Below, piece by piece: positions 1-9,197 of a stretch of 64,000 nt of DNA. How positions within the stretch are numbered: the first letter of the stretch is position 1; each line of letters starts with the position of its first letter. Under the pieces are notes generated by a model. It ran no database searches and had not been told where the DNA came from. It saw nothing but the letters and a program-made list of their open reading frames with translations. A program made the translations under genes and the position numbers. The DNA is from an uncultured Acidimicrobiaceae bacterium (GTDB taxonomy: Bacteria; Actinomycetota; Acidimicrobiia; Acidimicrobiales; Bog-793), in contig CAWAVB010000001.1 of NCBI GenBank assembly GCA_963785415.1, positions 483,579 through 547,578 on the forward strand, read 5' to 3'.

Positions 1-156
1 CAGCCGCGCCGCCGTAACCGCGCCGTAGTCGAGCCCCTTCGTCACGGCGACGACCCGGACCCGTCCCGCGTCGCCACCGGCCGCCGCGATCCTCTCGCGC
101 ACCGCGGCCAGACGTGCCGGCACGTCGCCGAACGGCGCCCGTCCCGGGCCGCTCAC
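1..156 (-). CDS. PLP-binding YggS/YlmE family protein, N-terminal fragment running off the left edge
   Basis: Minus-strand reading from GTG at 156 gives VSGPGRAPFGDVPARLAAVRERIAAAGGDAGRVRVVAVTKG..., a typical YggS N-terminus in the usual position after ftsZ-pgeF. GTGA start/stop overlap with pgeF. Not in the ORF track because it is truncated by the window edge. Confidence 0.55.
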   Translation of the reverse strand, partial: MSGPGRAPFGDVPARLAAVRERIAAAGGDAGRVRVVAVTKGLDYGAVTAARL

Positions 157-841
157 GCCTCGTCCTCGAGCCACACGCCGAGCACGTGCCGGGAGCCGTC
201 ACGCCGCGCCCGGTGGCTGAAGTACGCCCCCGAGCAGGCCGTGCACACCCCGGCCTCGGCGACGAGCTCGACGTCGGCGGTGGCGAGGGCTTTCCGCACG
301 GCGGCCGGGAGATCGAGGGCGGGCGAGCCGTCGGCGGCCGTGCCGACCACCTCATCGCCGAAAAGCCCGGCGAGTCGCGCGAGCTCGCGCGCCCGAACGG
401 GTAGCACTCGGCGTGAATGCAGGCCGACACGACCGCCTCGACGCGGCCCGCGCCCATCGTCCGCATCATCGCGGCGGTTGCTCCGATGACGCCGGCGACG
501 AGCCCCCGCCAGCCGGCGTGGGCGACGCCGACGACGCGTTCCTCGCTCGCCAGCCCGACGAGCGCGCAGTCGGCGCCCAGCACACCGAGCGCCGTGGCCG
601 GAGACTTGGTGACGATGGCGTCCGCCTCGGCGAGCGAGTCCGCGGGCCCATCGACAACCAAGACATGGGCACCGTGCACCTGCCGGACGAAGGTCCACGG
701 CAGGTCCACCAAGCCGGCGAGCACGGCGTCACCAGGGGACGCGGGCTCGAGCCGCGCCGGGCGGGCGTCGCCGTCCGCCCGCGACGTGGTCGCGACGACC
801 GCCGGCCCGGAAAGCGGATAGAGCGTGGCCGAGACGGCCCC
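153..841 (-). pseudogene. pgeF: pgeF (YfiH/laccase-domain, purine nucleoside phosphorylase family) with an apparent -1 frameshift and no canonical start
   Basis: The C-terminus ...ARELARLAGLFGDEVVGTAADGSPALDLPAAVRKALATADVELVAEAGVCTACSGAYFSHRARRDGSRHVLGVWL is in the frame of ORF 153..698. The core FVRQVHGAHVLVVDG...AIVTKSPATALGVLGADCALVGLASEERVVGVAHAGWRGLVAG...CYPFG is read in a different minus frame. The junction is near 385-400. Confidence 0.65.
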
Positions 842-1963
842 TCAGCGGAGGAACGACGGGACGTCGAACTCGTCGTCGCCGAGGTCGAGGTCGTCGTCGG
901 CGGCGGCGAACGACTCGGCCTCGCCGTAGTTCTCGCCACCCCGCCCGAACTGGGCGCCACGACCGAAGCCCTCGTCGTACTCGCGGGCGACGTATCCGTA
1001 GCCGCCGTCGTCGAACGGCTCGAAGCCCGCCGCGATCACCGTCACGCGCACCGCGTCGCCGAGCTCGTCGTCGATCACGCTGCCGAAGATGATGTTCGCG
1101 TCGGGATGGGCGATGGCGTGGATCGCCTCGGCCGCCTCGTTCACCTCGAAAAGCCCGAGGTTCGGTCCGCCCGCGATGTTGAGGACGATGCCGCGCGCGC
1201 CGTCGATCGATCCGGACGACAGCAACGGGCTGGTGATCGCGTGGTGCGCCGCGGTCAGCGCGCGGCCCTCCCCGGAGGCGACACCGACGCCCATGATCGC
1301 CGACCCGGCGTCGTGCATGATCGTGCGCACGTCGGCGAAGTCGGTGTTGATGAGTCCCGGCATGTTGATGAGGTCGGTGATCCCCTTCACGCCCTGCAAC
1401 AAGATGTTGTCCGCCATCTTGAAGGCTTCCACCATCGTCGTGCTCGAGTCCGCCAGCGTGAGCAGCCGCTCGTTCGGGATGACGATCATCGTGTCGACCT
1501 GTTCGCGCAGCCGCTCGATCCCCTGCTCCGCCTGCATCGCGCGGCGGCGCCCTTCGAAGGCGAACGGCTTCGTGACAATCGCCACGGTGAGCGCCCCGAG
1601 ATCGCGCGCCACCTCGGCGACGACCGGCGCGCCGCCCGTGCCGGTACCGCCGCCTTCACCGGCGGCGATGAACACCATGTCGGCACCCTTCAGGGCCTCG
1701 CCGATCTCCACGGAGTGATCGAGCGCCGCGGCACGGCCGACCTCCGGGTCGCTCCCCGCCCCGAGGCCGCGGGTCAACTGGCGCCCGATGTCGAGCTTCA
1801 GGTCGGCCTCGCTCAACAGCAGCGCCTGGGCGTCGGTGTTCACGGCGACGAACTCGACACCCCGCAGCTCCGAGTCGATCATGCGGTTCACGGCGTTCAC
1901 GCCGCCGCCGCCGATCCCGACCACCTTGATGACGGCGATGAAACCCTGAGCTGTCTCGGACAT
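842..1963 (-). CDS. ftsZ: cell division protein FtsZ
   Basis: ORF 842..2125 trimmed to the ATG at 1963 (MSETAQGFIAVIKVVGIGGGGVNAVNRM). Tubulin signature GGGTGTGGAPVVA and C-terminal DDEFDVPSFLR tail. Confidence 0.97.
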   Translation of the reverse strand: MSETAQGFIAVIKVVGIGGGGVNAVNRMIDSELRGVEFVAVNTDAQALLLSEADLKLDIGRQLTRGLGAGSDPEVGRAAALDHSVEIGEALKGADMVFIAAGEGGGTGTGGAPVVAEVARDLGALTVAIVTKPFAFEGRRRAMQAEQGIERLREQVDTMIVIPNERLLTLADSSTTMVEAFKMADNILLQGVKGITDLINMPGLINTDFADVRTIMHDAGSAIMGVGVASGEGRALTAAHHAITSPLLSSGSIDGARGIVLNIAGGPNLGLFEVNEAAEAIHAIAHPDANIIFGSVIDDELGDAVRVTVIAAGFEPFDDGGYGYVAREYDEGFGRGAQFGRGGENYGEAESFAAADDDLDLGDDEFDVPSFLR

Positions 1964-2174
1964 CTGTGACGCTGCCTTCCTGCAACCAACCACGCCAGCG
2001 CCAGGGCTCCGGCCCCGACGACGACTCAGAGGTCCCGAGTCCCGCCTATGGTCCCCCAACTGCTTCCGACGCCCCCGAACGGCCACCGTCTGCCCACCGG
2101 CCACCTGCGGACCCCAGTAGACCACTGGAGCGCCCCAGGCAGGCGAGAGCCAGGCCGACCATAGGACTGGCGCC

Positions 2175-2995
2175 TCATGGGGTCAAGACCGGATCAGACG
2201 GTGCGCGCAGGTCGATTGTCGCAACACCGTTCAGCGAAACCTCGGCGAGCATCGTCGCCAGCGCGACGAACTTCGCCGGCAGATCGACGGTTGATCCGAG
2301 GATCACACGCGGCGCGGCGTGCAGTTCGGCGACGACCCCGAGGCCCCGCTCGACCCGCAACGCCGCGATCCGCCCGACGAGGCTCCGGGGCAGCGCCGCC
2401 GCGGCGACAAGGAGCGTGGCCGCGCCCCGGACCCTCCGACCCGGCGCCGGGGACGCGCCACGCCGGCGACGAGCACGATCCCCGCCGGCCGGCGGGGATC
2501 GTCGACGAGGACGCGTCCGGTCACGTCGACCACAGCGACGCGACCCGACCCCAAGGCCACCGCGGCGACCGGGCGCCGCTCGGTGACGACGACGCGCACG
2601 CTCGACGGGAACGAGACCGTCACCGACGCGCTCTTGATCCAGGGCAACCGCTCGATGGCGTGGGCATCCGCCACCGTGTTCACGTCGATGAGGGGCGGGT
2701 CACCGCCGAGCCCGCCCGCGGCGAGGATCTCGGTGCGGGTCGTGTGCACCGCCCCGGTGACGGTCACGTGACGCGCCGAGACGATCGGCAGGTGCGCCAG
2801 ACCGTAAAGACCGGCGGCGACCGCGACGACAACGATGACGACGACGGTACGACGCAGCCGCCGCCGGCCCGCCTCGCGGGCGACGGCGACGCGCCGCTCG
2901 GTCATTCTGTCCGGGGACCGCCGACGTCTCGAGCCTCCATGGCCCCCGGCGTCCCTGGACGGGCGGCCGCCGAACGGCGTCGGCGCCTCGCTCAC
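2175..2995 (-). pseudogene. ftsQ: cell division protein FtsQ, reading frame broken by an apparent -1 frameshift
   Basis: The N-terminal two thirds are in ORF 2303..3073 (TM segment VVVIVVVAVAAGLYGL, POTRA-like HVTVTGAVHTTRTEILAAGGL...IERLPWIKSASV). The C-terminal third reads only in another frame (GASPAPGRRVRGAATLLVAAAALPRSLVGRIAALRVERGLGVVAELH...VDLPAKFVALATML...IDLRAPSDPVLTP; ORF 2175..2360). Start taken at GTG 2995, in a GTGA overlap with the murB stop. The span is 821 nt, i.e. 2 mod 3. Confidence 0.75.
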
Positions 2996-3936
2996 GGGCC
3001 GAACCCCACGAGGCAGAGCTCGACCTGCAACTCGACGTCGCAGCGTTCGACGACGAGCCGCCGCACCTCGCACAGCAGGCGGTAGACGTCGTCGGCGGAG
3101 GCACCCGGGTCGGCCTGGATGAAGTTGGCATGGCGTCGGGCGACGCGGGCCTTGCCGATTCGCAGGTCCTTCAGTCCGGCGAGCTCGATCAGCCGCCCCG
3201 CCGAGTCACCCGGCGGGTTCTGGAAGACCGACCCGGCGTTGCGGCCGGCGGGCTGGTTGGCCCGGCGCCAGGCGACGATCTCGGCGATCGTGGCGGCCGA
3301 CTCGGCGGCGTCGCCGGGGGCGAGAGCGAAGCTCGCCGACACGACGATCTCGTCAGGGCGCACCCCCGAGCGCCGGTAGGAAAGGGCGAGGTCGCCGGGG
3401 CGGGCGGTGCGGTCCGTCCTTTCCCGCAGGTCGACGATGCGGGCGGCCACGAGGCGGTCGGTCGTCTGAGAGCCGTGGCCGCCGGCGTTCATCCGGACCG
3501 CGCCCCCGACCGACCCGGGGATCCCGACCGCCCACTCCATGCCTGTCAGCCCCGCCGCCGCGGTTCCGCGGGCGAGCGCCGGGTAGGCGACGGCACCCCC
3601 GGCGACGACGGCGTCGTCGCCGGTCGCCACCGTCTCGAAGCCACGGCCGAGGACGACGCAGAGCCCGGGATAACCCGTCTCGGCGACCAACAGGTTCGAT
3701 CCCCGCCCGACGACGAGCACCCCGACCCCGCTCTCGGCCACGGCATCGGCGACAGCGCCGAGATCGTCTTCGTCGTTCACGACGGCGAGGAGCGCCGCCC
3801 GACCGCCGAGGCGGTAGGTCGTGCGGGCGCCGAGGGGTGCGTCGCGCACGGCGAGGGGGCCGAGACGCGCCGCGGCGTCCTCCACCGCCGGGTCAGTGCG
3901 GGCGGCCCGGTCGCCGCGCGACCCGAGACGCCCCAT
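2992..3936 (-). CDS. murB: UDP-N-acetylenolpyruvoylglucosamine reductase MurB
   Basis: 314-aa ORF with MurB/FAD-binding motifs (TTYRLGG, VGRGSNLLV, RMNAGGHG, AGSVFQNP). Sits between murC and ftsQ. Confidence 0.93.
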   Translation of the reverse strand: MGRLGSRGDRAARTDPAVEDAAARLGPLAVRDAPLGARTTYRLGGRAALLAVVNDEDDLGAVADAVAESGVGVLVVGRGSNLLVAETGYPGLCVVLGRGFETVATGDDAVVAGGAVAYPALARGTAAAGLTGMEWAVGIPGSVGGAVRMNAGGHGSQTTDRLVAARIVDLRERTDRTARPGDLALSYRRSGVRPDEIVVSASFALAPGDAAESAATIAEIVAWRRANQPAGRNAGSVFQNPPGDSAGRLIELAGLKDLRIGKARVARRHANFIQADPGASADDVYRLLCEVRRLVVERCDVELQVELCLVGFGP

Positions 3937-5306
3937 CTAGCCCGCGGATCCGGCGAGGAGGTCCCCGGCGAGGCTCGTCAGGTCACCGGCGCCGAGCGTA
4001 AGGCAGCAGTCCCCGGGCCCGAGGGTGCGCCGCAAGTACTCGACGAGCTCGGCGCGCTGCGCGAGGTACGACACAGCGGCCTCCGGGTGAGCAGCGAGGA
4101 CGGCGTCGACGACGAGCTTGCCCGACACCCCGGGGCGGGGTTGCTCGCCGGCGCCGTAGACGTCGGTGACGACGAGCTCGTCGGCGTCGACGAAGGCGTC
4201 CGCGAAGTCGCCGGCGAGCGCCGCGATCCGGGAGTAGCGGTGCGGTTGGAAGACGCAGACGACGCGGCGCCAGCCCCCGCGGCGCGCCGTCGCCAGCGCC
4301 GCGGCGACCTCGCCGGGCAGATGGGCGTAGTCGTCGACCAGCGTCGCGCCCATCGCCTCGCCGCGGAACTCGAAGCGCCGCGCCACCCCACCGAAGCGGG
4401 CGAGGGCGCGCCGCGCCACGTCGAGCTCGACCCCGACGGCCGCGGCGGCAACGACTGCCCCCGCGGCGTTGAGGGCGTTGTGCCGACCCGGGACCGGGAG
4501 CGAGAGCGCGGTCTCGTCGCCCGACGCCGAGCGGAGGTCGAAGCTCACGTCGCTGCGGCCCCCGGAGAAGTGCGTGATCCTCCAGGTCGCCTCGGCGCCG
4601 AAGCCGTACGTCCTCGCGCCGGGGGCGCGAGGCGCGCCGCGACCGCGTAGTCGCTGCACACGACGGCCCCGGACGAGGCGGCCGCCAGGAACCGACCGAA
4701 GGCCTCGCCGAGGTTCTCGAACGAGCCGTAGTGGTCGAGGTGGTCGGGCTCGATGCTCGTCACGACGGCGATCTCACACTCGAGCTCGAGGAAGGTCCCG
4801 TCGCTCTCGTCGGCCTCGACGACGAGCCATTCGCCGTCGTCCCACACCGCTCCCGAGCCGATCTCGTTGATCTCGCCGCCGATGATGAACGACGGCGACA
4901 GCGCCGCCTCGACGAGGATGAGGGCGAGCATCGAGCTCGTCGTCGTCTTGCCGTGGGTGCCGGACACCGCGATCGTGCGTCGTAGTCGGCTGATCGCGCT
5001 CAGCACCTCGGCCCGGCGGTGCACGGTGACCCCCCGCCGGAGCGCCCCGACGACCTCGACGTTCGACGGCGGGATGGCGCTCGAGATGGCGAGGAACTCG
5101 GCCTCACCCAGGTTCGCCGGGTCGTGACCGATCGCGACGCGCACGCCCAGGGCCCGCAGCCGTTCCAGGGCCACGCCGTCTTTCAGGTCGCTGCCGCTCA
5201 CCTCGTGACCCATCTCGGCGAGCACCGTGGCGATCGCGCTCATCCCGGCACCGCCGATGCCGACGACATGCACCTTGCGCGGTCGGGAAAGATCCGGCTG
5301 GCTCAC
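3937..5306 (-). pseudogene. murC: UDP-N-acetylmuramate--L-alanine ligase MurC, split by an apparent -1 frameshift in a G5/C5 run
   Basis: The N-terminal half is in ORF 4545..5363 (HVVGIGGAGMSAIA, AVSGTHGKTTTSSM, EADESDGTF). The C-terminal half is in ORF 3937..4659 (TYGFG..., PGRHNALNAAGA, DDYAHLPGEV). Adding one C at approximately 4620-4624 restores ...AARLAPPGARTYGFG.... Start at GTG 5306, in a GTGA overlap with the murG stop. The span is 1370 nt, i.e. 2 mod 3. Confidence 0.88.
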
Positions 5307-6490
5307 GTTTCCTCCTGTCGTGCGGGGCCGAACTCCGCGGCGCCGGCGCGCCCCTCGCTCCATTGCCGGGCGGCGACTTCGCGGACGAGCGCCGCGACGG
5401 CGGCGGCGGCCTCCGGTCGGCCGACTTCGTGCGCGGCGCGACCCATCGCCTCGAGGCGCGCCGGGTCGGCGAGCAGTGCCGAGGCCTCGGTTGTGAGGCG
5501 GCCACCGGTCGCCTCGTCGTCGTCCACGACGATCGCGGCCCCCGCCGCGGATAGCAGCTCGGCGTTGCGCCGTTGATGGTCGGACGGGGCCCCGGGCAGC
5601 GGCACCAAGATGCTCGGCGTGCCGATCACGGCGAGCTCGGCGACCGTCGAGGCGCCGGCCCGGCCGACGACCAGGTCGGCCGCGGCAAACAGGTCGGCGA
5701 GGTGGTCCTCGTAGGCGACGACCCGGTACCCGCTCCCGCCGCGCTCGGTGAGCCCGGCCGCCGCGGCGGCGGCCCGCGCCCCGGCGAAGTCCCGCCGGCC
5801 CGAGACGTGATAGACGAACGCGCCCTTGTCCACGAGCCGCGTGGCGAGCTCGACCGCGGCCTCGTTCAGGCGCCGCGCCCCGAGCGAACCGCCGACGATC
5901 CCGACGAGCGGGCCGTCACCGCCCACCGCCAGGTTCTGCCTGGAGCGGTGACGACCCTCGACAGAACGCTCGACCGCGAGCACCTCGGTCCTCACCGGGG
6001 CCCCGGTGAGGACCGACCGCGGCAGCTCGGTTCCCGGGAACGCGACCGCGCAGGCCTTGGCAAAGCGGCCGATCATCCGGTTCGCCGCGCCCGGGACCGA
6101 GTCGACGTTCACCACGACGACCGGGATCCGCAGCACGAGCGCCGCGCACGAGCACGCGACCGCCCCGAACCCCCCGACGGCGACGACGACGCGGGGACGC
6201 CGGCGCACGAGCAGCGCGAGCGCGGCGGCGAAGGCGGCGGCGATCCCGCAGATCGCCGCGACGTTGCGCAGACTGAGGCGGCGCTCGACGCCCCGCCCGG
6301 GCAGGAGGGTGAGCGAGAACCCCGCCTCAGGGACGAGGCGGCGCTCGATCCCGCGACGCGCCCCGACGAAGTGGATGGCCGCCGGCGCGTACCCCGAGGC
6401 GACGAGAGCCCGGGCCACGGCGATCGCGGGCAACACGTGACCGGCGGTCCCGCCCCCCGTGACGATCACCTCGGCCCGGGTCGTCGTCAC
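5303..6490 (-). CDS. murG: undecaprenyldiphospho-muramoylpentapeptide beta-N-acetylglucosaminyltransferase MurG
   Basis: The C-terminal 395 aa of the 860-aa ORF 5303..7885 begin VTTTRAEVIVTGGGTAGHVLPAIAVA. GTG at 6490 overlaps the ftsW stop (GTGA). The upstream part of the ORF is Arg-rich junk overlapping ftsW. Confidence 0.92.
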   Translation of the reverse strand: MTTTRAEVIVTGGGTAGHVLPAIAVARALVASGYAPAAIHFVGARRGIERRLVPEAGFSLTLLPGRGVERRLSLRNVAAICGIAAAFAAALALLVRRRPRVVVAVGGFGAVACSCAALVLRIPVVVVNVDSVPGAANRMIGRFAKACAVAFPGTELPRSVLTGAPVRTEVLAVERSVEGRHRSRQNLAVGGDGPLVGIVGGSLGARRLNEAAVELATRLVDKGAFVYHVSGRRDFAGARAAAAAAGLTERGGSGYRVVAYEDHLADLFAAADLVVGRAGASTVAELAVIGTPSILVPLPGAPSDHQRRNAELLSAAGAAIVVDDDEATGGRLTTEASALLADPARLEAMGRAAHEVGRPEAAAAVAALVREVAARQWSEGRAGAAEFGPARQEET

Positions 6491-7812
6491 CGCCCCACCC
6501 GGGCGTGGGGGCGCTCGTATCGCTCCGCGGCGAACGAACCCGTCTTCACCCCGGGTTGGTGGGCGATCCTCACGAGCAACCCGGTCGCGGCGAGCAGCAC
6601 GACGAGCGACGAGCCCCCCGCCGACACGAACGGAAGCGGGATCCCCGTCTCGGGGATCGCTCCGATCACCCCGCCGATGTTGATGAGCGCCTGGAACACG
6701 ATCCAGGTCGTGACGCCGATCGCCACCAGCGAGGCGAAGCGGTCCTCGCAGCGCCGCGCGATCCGGATGCCGAGCCAGCCGATCACCAGGAACCCGCTCA
6801 GCACGCCGATCGCGCCGACGAGGCCGAAGTTGTTGCCGATGATCGCGAACACGAAGTCCGTGTTCGCGTTGGGCAGGAATCCCCACGCCGCCGGGGATCC
6901 GCCGAGACCGGTCCCGAACAAGTGGCCGGAGCCGAGCGTCACGAGGGACTGGACGACCTGGTATCCCGTCGTCGAGGCGTGGGCGAACGGGTTCCAGAAC
7001 GTGGCGAGCCGCGCCCTTCCGTACGGCTCGATGGCCAAGAACGCGCCGGCGGCGACGGCGAACAGCCCCACCATCCCCACGATCTTGCGGAACGGCGCGC
7101 CCGCGGCGTAGAGCAGCACCGCCCCGATCACCGCGATGACGACCGCCGTGCCGAGGTCGGGCTGGCGCACGATGAGGATCCCCAAGACGCCGAGCACGAT
7201 GAGCACCGGGCGCATGACGTTCGCCCGGGGGCCGGTCCGGCTGACGCGACGGGCGATCAGGTCGGCCACGAATAGCGCGACGGCGAACTTCGCGAACTCC
7301 GAGGGCTGGAGGCGGAGCGGACCGAGGTTGATCCAGCGGCTCGAGCCGGCCGTGACGGTGCCGACCCCCCGGACGAGCACTGCCACGAGCGCCACCACGG
7401 TGCACAAAAGGAACGGCACGGCGATGCGGCGCCAGAACTGCAGGGGCAGGCGCGCCGCCACGACGAACACGACGGCACCGAGGGCAAGCCACACCCCCTG
7501 GTGCTCGGCGGTCGACCAGGGCGATCCGTTGGCCGCGATCGACTCCACCGGCGAGGCCGAGAGCACGACGATGAGGCCGAAGACGCAGAAGGCGAAGACG
7601 AGCGCCGTGAGCGCCGCGGCGTCGCGCCGGGCGGCGGCGGTCGTCGTCAGCCGGCGTTCGACCGGGCGCTTCGGCTCCGTCGTCGCCTTCTCGTCGGGCT
7701 CGCCTCGCTCGAGCGTCGGGCCGCCGACGAGACGCAGCCGCGCCCGGTCCGACCCGTCGCGTCGACGCACGGGCCGGGTGGCCGGCCGGCGCTCGATGAC
7801 CCCGGTCGCCAT
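6487..7812 (-). CDS. ftsW: SEDS-family peptidoglycan glycosyltransferase FtsW
   Basis: ORF 6487..8304 trimmed to the ATG at 7812 (MATGVIERRP...). About ten predicted TM segments. Conserved RWINLGPLRLQPSEFAKF and PETGIPLPFVSAGGSS. Confidence 0.92.
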   Translation of the reverse strand: MATGVIERRPATRPVRRRDGSDRARLRLVGGPTLERGEPDEKATTEPKRPVERRLTTTAAARRDAAALTALVFAFCVFGLIVVLSASPVESIAANGSPWSTAEHQGVWLALGAVVFVVAARLPLQFWRRIAVPFLLCTVVALVAVLVRGVGTVTAGSSRWINLGPLRLQPSEFAKFAVALFVADLIARRVSRTGPRANVMRPVLIVLGVLGILIVRQPDLGTAVVIAVIGAVLLYAAGAPFRKIVGMVGLFAVAAGAFLAIEPYGRARLATFWNPFAHASTTGYQVVQSLVTLGSGHLFGTGLGGSPAAWGFLPNANTDFVFAIIGNNFGLVGAIGVLSGFLVIGWLGIRIARRCEDRFASLVAIGVTTWIVFQALINIGGVIGAIPETGIPLPFVSAGGSSLVVLLAATGLLVRIAHQPGVKTGSFAAERYERPHARVGR

Positions 7813-7814
7813 CG

Positions 7815-9197
7815 TCAGCCCCCGGCCTGCCGGGCGACCGCACGCGCCGAGAGCCTCCGCACCTCGCGCGTGAAGTCGTCGCCACGCGCCTCGAACGACT
7901 CGTACCAGTCGAACGAGGCGCAACCGGGTGAGAGCAGCACCGTGTCCCCGGGCCGCGCCAACTGCGACGCCAGCGACACCGCCTCGCCCATCGAGCCGGC
8001 GGTCGGGACCGCGTAGTCGGGGGCGAACGCCGCGACGACGTCGGGCGCCGCCTCGCCGATCGCGACGACGCCGCGGAGCGTGCAACCCAGCCCCCCGTCG
8101 ACGGCGCGACGCACCGCGGCCAGGTCGAGGCCCTTGTTGCGGCCGCCGAGGATCACGACGACCGAGGCAAAGCCCCGCAGCGCGGCGACGACGGCCGCGG
8201 GGGTCGTCGCCTTCGAGTCGTCGTAGTAGGCGACGCCGTTGACCGTCGCCACGTGCGTCAGGCGGTGAACCGGCGGCGCCGTCGTCCGCAGCGCCGCCCG
8301 ACACCCGTCGACCGACGCACCCGCCTCGCGCGCCGTGGCGAGCGCGCCGAGCGCGTTCTGGGCGTCATGGGGCAGGTTCCGGACGAGGTCGGCAGTCGAC
8401 GCGAGCACCTCCCCGTCCGGGGCGAGGAACCGGTTGTCGGCGAGGCGGTAGCCGGTACCGGTCGAGCCGAACGTCACCAGCCGCCCCGGAGACCGTCGCG
8501 CCTCGGCGGCGACGATGCGGTCGTCGAGGTTCGCCACCGACACGTCGTCGGAGTGCTGGTTCGCCCAGATGCGGGCCTTCGCCGAGACGTAGTCCGCGAA
8601 CGACCGGTGCCAATCGAGATGGTTCTCCACCACGTTCAACCAGGTCGCGATGTGGGGACGAAACGACGGGCTGAGCGCGAGCTGGAACGACGAGACCTCG
8701 GCGACCGCCACGTCGACCCCGCCGCCGGTCACCGACGAAATCAGCGGCTCACCGATGTTCCCGGACGCCTCGGCGCGCACGCCCGAGGCGACAAGCATCG
8801 CCGCCACGAGCGCCGTCACGGTCGTCTTGCCGTTCGTCCCCGTCACCGCGACGATCGGGACGGTCGACAGTCGCCAGGCGAGCTCGATTTCCGACACGAT
8901 CCGTTCCGGCTCGACGACGCGGAATACGGGGTGGCGCGGCGTCACGCCGGGGCTTACGACCACGAGCTCGCACCGCCCGACGGCGGCCGCGAGCTCTCCC
9001 TCGTCCGGAGCCATGACGAGTCCGATGCCGGCCGAGCGCGCGGCCGCCCGGCGCTCGGGGGTCGGCGCGTCCTCGACCGCGACGATCTCGAGACCCATCG
9101 CGCCGAGCACGCGTGCGACGGCCTGGCCCGTCACGGCGAAACCGATGACCGCCACAGGACCGTGCACAGCGCCGCCGGACACGGGACGCGCCGTCAC
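7815..9197 (-). CDS. murD: UDP-N-acetylmuramoylalanine--D-glutamate ligase MurD
   Basis: ORF 7815..9761 trimmed to GTG 9197 (GTGA overlap with the mraY stop). VAVTGTNGKTTVTAL P-loop, EVSSFQL, YDDSKATTPAA. Confidence 0.92.
   Translation of the reverse strand: MTARPVSGGAVHGPVAVIGFAVTGQAVARVLGAMGLEIVAVEDAPTPERRAAARSAGIGLVMAPDEGELAAAVGRCELVVVSPGVTPRHPVFRVVEPERIVSEIELAWRLSTVPIVAVTGTNGKTTVTALVAAMLVASGVRAEASGNIGEPLISSVTGGGVDVAVAEVSSFQLALSPSFRPHIATWLNVVENHLDWHRSFADYVSAKARIWANQHSDDVSVANLDDRIVAAEARRSPGRLVTFGSTGTGYRLADNRFLAPDGEVLASTADLVRNLPHDAQNALGALATAREAGASVDGCRAALRTTAPPVHRLTHVATVNGVAYYDDSKATTPAAVVAALRGFASVVVILGGRNKGLDLAAVRRAVDGGLGCTLRGVVAIGEAAPDVVAAFAPDYAVPTAGSMGEAVSLASQLARPGDTVLLSPGCASFDWYESFEARGDDFTREVRRLSARAVARQAGG

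Noticed and set aside
413-1969. 518-aa plus-strand ORF antisense to ftsZ. Similar very long antisense ORFs are 3130..4650, 5573..7111, 15458..17488, 45460..47970, 51815..54499, 57694..59256 and 53921..56227.
   Set aside because: These are Arg/Asp/Gly/Pro-rich, low-complexity translations with no recognisable motif. Each lies exactly opposite or out of frame to a well-supported gene. They are typical shadow ORFs in DNA above 70% GC, where stop codons are rare.
5303-7885. Apparent giant proteins in the ORF track: 860 aa at 5303..7885, 605 aa at 6487..8304, 648 aa at 7815..9761, 779 aa at 11745..14084, 635 aa at 41912..43819, 868 aa at 46714..49320, 935 aa at 57814..60621, and 626 aa at 28899..30779.
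   Set aside because: Only the C-terminal portion of each matches a known family. The N-terminal portions are Arg-rich and overlap the upstream gene in another frame. Each true start is a GTG or ATG at the upstream gene's stop. I trimmed them accordingly rather than reporting novel fusions.
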